This document shows, piece by piece, positions 57,900 through 64,000 of a stretch of 64,000 nucleotides of DNA. The stretch lies in NCBI GenBank assembly GCA_052168235.1, contig JBQLZK010000011.1, positions 1 through 64,000 on the forward strand, given 5' to 3'. The translations under genes were made by a program, and so were the position numbers. Source of the stretch: Thainema sp. (lineage in GTDB: Bacteria > Cyanobacteriota > Cyanobacteriia > Phormidesmidales > Phormidesmidaceae). The notes under the pieces were generated by a model. The model had not been told where the DNA came from. It saw only the letters and a program-made list of their open reading frames with translations, and did not search any database. The number at the start of each line of letters is the position of its first letter. Positions within the stretch are counted from its first letter, which is position 1.

Positions 57900-59372
57900 G
57901 TGACTAAAGCCATTCTATCCCCTCGTCCTATCCTGCCAGGTCTGGCAGGCAGTTCGTCAACGCCATTTGTGGCAATGCAGCCGCTACAGCGGTTTACCAT
58001 CATTGGCTTGATGGCGCTCGCTTTGATTAGCGTTGGTCTGCTGCAACAGTCCAATCCAACAGCAATATCGGGGATGGAATGGGTCTATCTGGCACTGGTG
58101 CTCAATGGCGTGCTGCTCCTACTGCCCGTTATTTTCTATCGACCAACCTTTGGCTGGTTCCATCCGCTAATGTTTGTCATCTTTTGGAGCGTGATCACCC
58201 ATCTGCGCCGCTTTGATGTCTACATCACCGGACTTCCCTGGCATGCTGCCTTACCAGGGTGGAGTTCAGAGAGCCTGACAATGCTGGTCTTCAAAGACCT
58301 GATGCTGCAAGCGGCTGGCATCGTTGCTATGTACACCGGATTTCTCCTCAGTCCGGCTTGGGCACTGCCCAATATTCGCTTTCAGCAGCCAGCCCATCTG
58401 GGCAAAAAGACCATTGCCACCGTGGGATTCGCTGCCGGGATTTTCGCAGTCTATATGCAGTCACGGGGCGGCATTATTAGCCACATTTTGTCCTGGGGAG
58501 CAGGCCGCAATCAAGCGCTGGCCGGAAACTTTTACTGGCAGTTTTTTACCCAGTTGGGGTTAATCGCCTGTCTAAGCTGGCTGGCGATGGATCGCCGCTC
58601 AACCTCCACTCCTGCTTTCTGGGGCTGCACAATAACGTCGTTGATGATGACGTTTATTGTTGGTGGCTCTCGATCAAGCGTGGTTTATTTCATGGTCATG
58701 GGGCTGCTGGTCTGGTTCTTACGGGAGCAAAAAATTTCCCTGGTGCGAATTACCGCAATCGCTTTGATCGGCCTGTTTGCTCTCGGTCTACTGGGTAATC
58801 TGCGGGACAGCACTTACAGCGGTCAGATTAACTGGAACGTCTTTCGGGGAGGATCAAACAGCGCTGCGACATCGAATGAATCCACGCTGGGCAACAGCTT
58901 GAGCGAAATCTCCGAGCGCAGCAGCGTTTACTCCGGCGTATTTCCCATTTTGGCCTTAGTACCCAATCAGGTGGATTATCTGGAGGGAAGTTCCTATCTG
59001 GCTTTGCTGACGCTACCTGTGCCTCGGGCGCTGTGGTCAGGAAAGCCTGGTTTAGTGGCAGGCAGAGTGGGCGAAGTCTTTTATGGCAGCAATTTTGGCA
59101 TTCCACCAGGAGCGGTGGGAGAAGCCTACTGGAACTATGGCGTACCCGGCGTGCTGATGGTCTTTACTCTCTACGGCATGTTTCAGCGTTTCTTAGCCAA
59201 TACATTTATCCGGTATGCCCATCAATCCGCTGCGATCGCACCTTATGTGATTACGCTGTTTTTGTTCTCAGCACCAACGGGTCTAGCTTGTATTGCTTGG
59301 CTGATGATGCTCGTGCCGATGCTGGCCTATTTAGTGGCCATTGGAGCCATTCGGCCACCTCAGCTTCACTAA
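57900..59372 (+). CDS. wzy: O-antigen/EPS polymerase-like membrane protein
   Basis: Multi-TM, GGSRS, PVPRALWSGKP, GEAYWNYG. Confidence 0.75.
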   Translation: MTKAILSPRPILPGLAGSSSTPFVAMQPLQRFTIIGLMALALISVGLLQQSNPTAISGMEWVYLALVLNGVLLLLPVIFYRPTFGWFHPLMFVIFWSVITHLRRFDVYITGLPWHAALPGWSSESLTMLVFKDLMLQAAGIVAMYTGFLLSPAWALPNIRFQQPAHLGKKTIATVGFAAGIFAVYMQSRGGIISHILSWGAGRNQALAGNFYWQFFTQLGLIACLSWLAMDRRSTSTPAFWGCTITSLMMTFIVGGSRSSVVYFMVMGLLVWFLREQKISLVRITAIALIGLFALGLLGNLRDSTYSGQINWNVFRGGSNSAATSNESTLGNSLSEISERSSVYSGVFPILALVPNQVDYLEGSSYLALLTLPVPRALWSGKPGLVAGRVGEVFYGSNFGIPPGAVGEAYWNYGVPGVLMVFTLYGMFQRFLANTFIRYAHQSAAIAPYVITLFLFSAPTGLACIAWLMMLVPMLAYLVAIGAIRPPQLH

Positions 59373-59456
59373 AGGCAAAGTGGCAATACTTTTGGTACAG
59401 GGCAAAGCAGACTAGTGAAACAAGCCAGAGAGAATGCCTGCGATTATTGACATTTC

Positions 59457-59600
59457 GTAGGGGCAAATGGCCATTTGCCCTTACAGGTACGGAATATTTC
59501 TAAAACCATTGATGTTATGGGAGGGCGAATACCATTCGCCCCTACCGATAAAACCATCGACATTTTGGAAGGGCGAATGCCATTCGCCCCTACCGATACA
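59457..59600. repeat. Cluster of three REP hairpins including a 48-bp tandem duplication
   Basis: GGGCRAAT..CATT.GCCC.TAC x3; unit AAAACCAT.GA...CCCCTACCGATA x2. Confidence 0.8.
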
Positions 59601-59651
59601 GAATATTCATTCAATTTGTTCGTTCATTGCTCATTCATCATAGGTAAAGCT

Positions 59652-60911
59652 ATGAGTATGTTGCCCCGATCCGCAGAGGGCTTGCCCATCAAGGAGTCCT
59701 CGCTTCTACCAGCCGTTCAAACTAAAGATGTTGATCAGACTCGTCCGCCTCGTATCAAGGTGCTATTCTTCACGCCATCCTTGGGCAGCGGTGGAGCTGA
59801 AATGCATCTTTTGCGTATTCTCAACGCCCTGGATCGACAGGGGTTCGAGCCATCGGTAGCCGTTGCACAGCAAGGGGGAAGCTACGAAACAGCCCTGGCC
59901 GAAGATGTCACAGTCTACGCCCTTAATCCAGCCGGGATGCCATCCAGTACCCTCCGAATGATGCGGGCGATCAAGCCGCTGCGACAGCTAATCCAGGCCG
60001 AGCGGCCTGACATTGTTTGCTCACTACAGGGTCACGCCAATCTGGCTGCCATTCGCGCCTGCCAAGGAATCAAGCCGCAGCCCAAGCTGATTATCTGTGT
60101 GCAGAATTCGCCATTCTCTAAGTACTACCGTCGTTGGCATCCGCTGGATCAGTTGATGCTGCTTCTGATGGCAAAGCTATATCCCCAGGCCGATCAGGTG
60201 GTTGCTCTATCCAGCGGTGTAGCGGAAGAACTGCGATCGCTAATGGGTCAATCTCCAGTTGATAACACCCGATCCGCGCCGCATCCCCCCATCGATATTA
60301 TCTACAATGCGGGAGTTGATGATGCCGTACTGAAAGGATCATCCGAAACGTCTATCCTAATGCAGCGTTCTGCCCATCAGCCCGTGATAGTCGCCTGTGG
60401 CCGATTGCACCCCCAAAAAGGATATCCCTATTTGCTGAAAGCATTGGTAAAAGTGCGGCAGAGCATTTCAGCTACACTGTGGATTCTGGGCGAGGGGCCA
60501 TTACGTCCCATGCTAGAGCAGCAAATCAAAACTTTGGGGCTGACTCGTGCGGTTAAGTTCTTGGGCTTTCAAGCCAATCCCTATCAGTACATGGCTGCTG
60601 CCGATGTGTTTGTGCTGTCGTCAATATACGAAGGGTTTGGCAATGTGATCGTTGAAGCGATGGCCTGTGGAGTCCCTGTGGTAGCAACTAACTGTCCGCA
60701 CGGGCCTGCCGAAATTCTGGAGCAGGGTAAAAATGGTCTGCTGGCGCTGCCGGGGGATGTTGATTCGCTCGCGAGACAACTCCTCAAGGTGCTGCAAGAT
60801 CCAGAACTACAGGAGACTCTAGCCCGACGAGGGCTAATGCGATCGCAAGCGTTCCACTCCTCAACCATTGCCGCCAATTATGGGCAAGTTTTTCGGCAGG
60901 TATTAGCTTGA
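59652..60911 (+). CDS. GT4 glycosyltransferase
   Basis: GGAE, CGRLHPQKG, EGFGNVIVEAMA; upstream ORF extension is translated REP. Confidence 0.9.
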   Translation: MSMLPRSAEGLPIKESSLLPAVQTKDVDQTRPPRIKVLFFTPSLGSGGAEMHLLRILNALDRQGFEPSVAVAQQGGSYETALAEDVTVYALNPAGMPSSTLRMMRAIKPLRQLIQAERPDIVCSLQGHANLAAIRACQGIKPQPKLIICVQNSPFSKYYRRWHPLDQLMLLLMAKLYPQADQVVALSSGVAEELRSLMGQSPVDNTRSAPHPPIDIIYNAGVDDAVLKGSSETSILMQRSAHQPVIVACGRLHPQKGYPYLLKALVKVRQSISATLWILGEGPLRPMLEQQIKTLGLTRAVKFLGFQANPYQYMAAADVFVLSSIYEGFGNVIVEAMACGVPVVATNCPHGPAEILEQGKNGLLALPGDVDSLARQLLKVLQDPELQETLARRGLMRSQAFHSSTIAANYGQVFRQVLA

Positions 60912-60955
60912 TATCCCCTCTCAGCCACAACCGTTTAGTCAAGTCTCCGTGTAAT

Positions 60956-62284
60956 ATGCAAGTCCTCAATTCTCCATCTATGAAATCTCAATCCCAGGCT
61001 GTCGCTGGCTCTGCTCCGCCGCAGCGACGCCCCCTGCGAGTGCTCTACTACATCGCCTATTTTCAGCGGATGGCAGGAGCCAATCGCAGTTTGTTTGAAC
61101 TGATTACCCATTTGCCCGCCACGGTAACGCCCATCGTCGTGATGGCTGGGGAAGGACGAGCCGCAGACGCCTTTCGCCAAGAGGGTATTGAGGTTGTCGT
61201 TATGCCGCCAGGACAGTCACTCAATCAGTTTGGTAAAGTGATGCTGAGCTGGACATGGCGCAAGCGCATTCAAGTCGCCGTTACCGAGCTGCTGCCCTAC
61301 ACCCTACACTGTCTCGCGCTGATGCGGGAATGGCAGCCAGATATTGTTCACGTTAACTGTAGTCGCGGCAACTTGATGATTGGGGCCGCCGTGCGGCTGT
61401 GGGGTTGCCCCGTTGTGGGTCACATGCGGGTACAGATCCCCTTTCACGACATTTCGCAGTGGTATTTTGAGCAGATGACGCATCGCATTATTACAGTGTG
61501 TGATGCGATTCAGCTGGATCTCAGCCCTGCCGCTCAAACGAAGGCGATCACGATCTACAACGGCGTTCGCAAGATTGAGCAGCCAGGGCAGCCCATCCCC
61601 TGGCTTCAGTCGCTCAAGGCACAGGGGACGCTGATTGTGGCCTGTTTTGCATCGGTGGTGCCATTCAAAGGACAACATCACCTGCTGGATGCGGTGGCCG
61701 AACTCAATCGGCGGGGTTGGGGCGATCGGCTGGCGGTGTTTTGCGTCGGTGATATCGAACCGGAATATCAAGACTACGCCAGCTTTCTGATGGCAAAGCT
61801 GCAAACCCTTGGCATTCATAACGTTACCTTGACTGGCTGGCAGTCGAACCCGTTCCCCTTCTATCAGGCCGCTGATATTGAGGTACTGCCCTCCGTAACG
61901 CGCGAAGTGCTGAAATACAACGACAAAACCGTTGAGGTGAAGGGGAACGAAGGATTTCCCCGGACGCATTTGGAAGCAATGTATTTTGGGTTGCCCGTAG
62001 TTGGGACAGATATTGCTGGTGTACGGGAGCAGATCATTGACCGCGTGAACGGCTACGTCGTGCCCCCTGGAGATGCGCTGGCACTGGCCGAAGCCCTAGA
62101 GCAACTCTTAGCCAATGCTGACTTGCGATCGCAGATGGGTCAAGTCGGTCGCGAACTGGTGCAGCAGCAGTTTTCCACAGAAGCCCATGTGGCTGGCATC
62201 CTAGGGATTTATCGAGAGCTAGCAGGAGACAAGTTTGCTTACTCTGAGGCAGAGGCAGATGAGGTTTTGGGCTATACAACGTAA
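60956..62284 (+). CDS. GT4 glycosyltransferase
   Basis: GANRSL, PFKGQ, EGFPRTHLEAM. Confidence 0.88.
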   Translation: MQVLNSPSMKSQSQAVAGSAPPQRRPLRVLYYIAYFQRMAGANRSLFELITHLPATVTPIVVMAGEGRAADAFRQEGIEVVVMPPGQSLNQFGKVMLSWTWRKRIQVAVTELLPYTLHCLALMREWQPDIVHVNCSRGNLMIGAAVRLWGCPVVGHMRVQIPFHDISQWYFEQMTHRIITVCDAIQLDLSPAAQTKAITIYNGVRKIEQPGQPIPWLQSLKAQGTLIVACFASVVPFKGQHHLLDAVAELNRRGWGDRLAVFCVGDIEPEYQDYASFLMAKLQTLGIHNVTLTGWQSNPFPFYQAADIEVLPSVTREVLKYNDKTVEVKGNEGFPRTHLEAMYFGLPVVGTDIAGVREQIIDRVNGYVVPPGDALALAEALEQLLANADLRSQMGQVGRELVQQQFSTEAHVAGILGIYRELAGDKFAYSEAEADEVLGYTT

Positions 62285-63797
62285 ACTGCGCCCGTTACTG
62301 TTGGGTGGGGTAGCATGTGCGATCGCGCTTTTCGTAGGGCTGTGGCCGCCTGTGAATCCTACCGTCAACGCTCAGGCGCAGACACTTTGGCAGCGCCCGG
62401 ATGGAACATCCGTGACATACTACGCGGCAGGGGATGAGTTTCTGACCGTTGCGTTTGAGCTGCTGAATGAGTACTGGAACGGCATCCAGACAGACAACCC
62501 AGATTTAGTCCGCGGATATCTGGATGCCTATTTGCCGCCTGAGCTACAAGCGCTGGGCTATGAACCTGCCGATGCGCTAATGGCCGACTTCGCCACAGCC
62601 TTCTTTACGGCTCGTCATTCCGATAGTGGCTTGATTCCCTATGCCTACGATGCGCCCATTCCCAGTAATCCCAGCGATCCAGCGGAAGCTAACTTAACCT
62701 CTGGCGGTAAACAACCCGTCAGCTTGATTGCCAGAGCGATGGAATTTTGCAACTGGTTTAACCGCGATCGCAGATTTCAAAATCAGTGCATTGAGCTGGC
62801 CCACAGCACTATTGAGCAGTTCAATGTTCCTGATGAGGCTGGAAAACCTAATGGTCTATGGGGTTGGGTGGATGTAGCTGGCGATCTGGCCTCCCGCAGT
62901 TCCCTAACGCTGACTCAGGACTACGGCGAGGTAGCCTGGGGCATGGCTCAGCTATCGCAACAGACTAGCGACCCGCAGTTTGAGCAATGGGCTGACGAAA
63001 AATTACAGTTTGTCTGGCAGCACCCCATGCATCCAGAGCTGCCGATTCTACATGAACAGTTTGTGCTTACGCAGGCGCTAGAGCGCCCCGACGAACCCTC
63101 TAGCGATACGGATACGCTGTACTTTGTCCGTCGCCTGTTTGACCTCTACCAGCTCACAGGCCAGCTTGAATACCGCGATTGGGCGATGGCCGTGACCGAT
63201 CTCTGGTTTGAGCAAGCCTGGAACCCACAGTGGGGCCATTTTGTCCGAAAGCTTAATCCGGATGGTACACCTGCAGTCGATACGCTCTACGGCGACGGCA
63301 AATATAATACTCTCTACATGCTGGTAAAAGCTTACGAGGTGACGGGTGATGTCGCGTATCTGGAGCGGCTGAAGCTAGCCTGGAACAATTTGGTGCAGAT
63401 GGGGCAGCAGGGATTAGCACCAGCAGCCATCCGTCAAGGTAACTGGGACAGTAAAGCTGGCTTGGATACCCAGCAAACCATCTTTTTGGATATCCTGGTC
63501 AAAGCTTACGAGGCCAGCCGCGATCGCACATTTCTCACGGCGGCTGAAACCTTGGGACAAGCCATTTTGCAGCAAGGGCCATCGGTGATGCGCTTAGAAA
63601 GCGGCCAAGCTGGCCATGCGTTTTTGAAGCTAGCCCTAGCTCGACAGCCGATCAGCCGCGTGGAACTGACGCTCTCTCAGCCCAATGAATCGCTACAAAT
63701 CAATCAGGCTGGGGAAATTATCCTCCAAACAACGCCACCGACTACGGAAGTCATTGTCTACATGCCTAGCAATTCCTACGAAGTCATCACTCGCTAA
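62259..63797 (+). CDS. Exported (alpha/alpha)-barrel protein, glycoside hydrolase/AGE-epimerase-like
   Basis: Signal/TM segment; repeated LYQLTG..EY..WA, AYEVTGD..YL, AYEASRD..FL..A helices. Confidence 0.6.
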   Translation: MRFWAIQRKLRPLLLGGVACAIALFVGLWPPVNPTVNAQAQTLWQRPDGTSVTYYAAGDEFLTVAFELLNEYWNGIQTDNPDLVRGYLDAYLPPELQALGYEPADALMADFATAFFTARHSDSGLIPYAYDAPIPSNPSDPAEANLTSGGKQPVSLIARAMEFCNWFNRDRRFQNQCIELAHSTIEQFNVPDEAGKPNGLWGWVDVAGDLASRSSLTLTQDYGEVAWGMAQLSQQTSDPQFEQWADEKLQFVWQHPMHPELPILHEQFVLTQALERPDEPSSDTDTLYFVRRLFDLYQLTGQLEYRDWAMAVTDLWFEQAWNPQWGHFVRKLNPDGTPAVDTLYGDGKYNTLYMLVKAYEVTGDVAYLERLKLAWNNLVQMGQQGLAPAAIRQGNWDSKAGLDTQQTIFLDILVKAYEASRDRTFLTAAETLGQAILQQGPSVMRLESGQAGHAFLKLALARQPISRVELTLSQPNESLQINQAGEIILQTTPPTTEVIVYMPSNSYEVITR

Positions 63798-63830
63798 TTT
63801 CATATCGTCTATTGGCCCTAGGTCGTCTTG

Positions 63831-63921
63831 CCCTCACCCTCAATCTCTCTCCCGCAGGAGAGGAACTTCCGATCCGGCTCCTCTTCTCCTGTGGGAGAAA
63901 GAAGGCGCTGGGGGATGAGGG
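63831..63921. repeat. Cyanobacterial CCCTCACCC...GGGGATGAGGG structured dispersed repeat
   Basis: CCCTCACCCTCAATCTCTCTCCCGCAGGAGAGG ... CTCTTCTCCTGTGGGAGAAAG..GGGGATGAGGG. Confidence 0.65.
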
Positions 63922-64000
63922 CATCTGATGCGTTAAACACAGACCAAATAGCCATTCGCTCTCACAGATACCTGGAAATATAATCCAATTTTTGTTCAAT

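Noticed and set aside
59457..59600. Three spaced palindromic repeats resembling a mini-CRISPR
   Set aside because: The last two units are a 48-bp duplication including the spacer, spacing is irregular, the repeats match dispersed REPs, and no cas genes are present.

Overview
Cyanobacterial chromosomal window. The HIP1 octamer GCGATCGC is very frequent and the gene content fits a filamentous Leptolyngbya/Nodosilinea-like strain (inference). Layout: (1) 0.1-1.6 kb, an RCCR-like bilin reductase and a 4-EF-hand protein. (2) 1.6-20.3 kb, a xenosiderophore-uptake island with three PchR-type AraC + TonB-dependent receptor + periplasmic binding protein cassettes, one collapsed by a deletion at a HIP1 site. 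It is bracketed by two halves of a probable heterodimeric ABC transporter and contains a four-helix-bundle gene inserted antisense between inverted (GGGTGGAT)n repeat arms. (3) 20.7-30 kb, an Slr2103-like acyltransferase, GNAT, znuACB, pfkA and a phosphoribosyltransferase. (4) 30.5-39.8 kb, a decayed block of fused or frameshifted genes between two copies of a ~90-bp hairpin element, then a P-type ATPase and a truncated OmpR-PAS regulator. (5) 40.8-43.9 kb, HetP-family, YdcF, PPIase and cNMP-domain genes. (6) 44-64 kb, a Wzx/Wzy exopolysaccharide locus (glmM, wza-like, capD-like, GMC oxidoreductase + DegT aminotransferase, wzc, wzx, wzy, three GT4s, alpha/alpha-barrel protein). Best leads: the repeat-flanked four-helix-bundle element and its empty copies (three in frame inside ABC genes), HIP1-junction deletions, a tandem TCCG AraC operator, and an oriented TGGCA-N3-TGGCA motif upstream of four EPS units. 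No rRNA, tRNA, CRISPR array or intact transposase was recognised. All calls were made by eye, without database searches.
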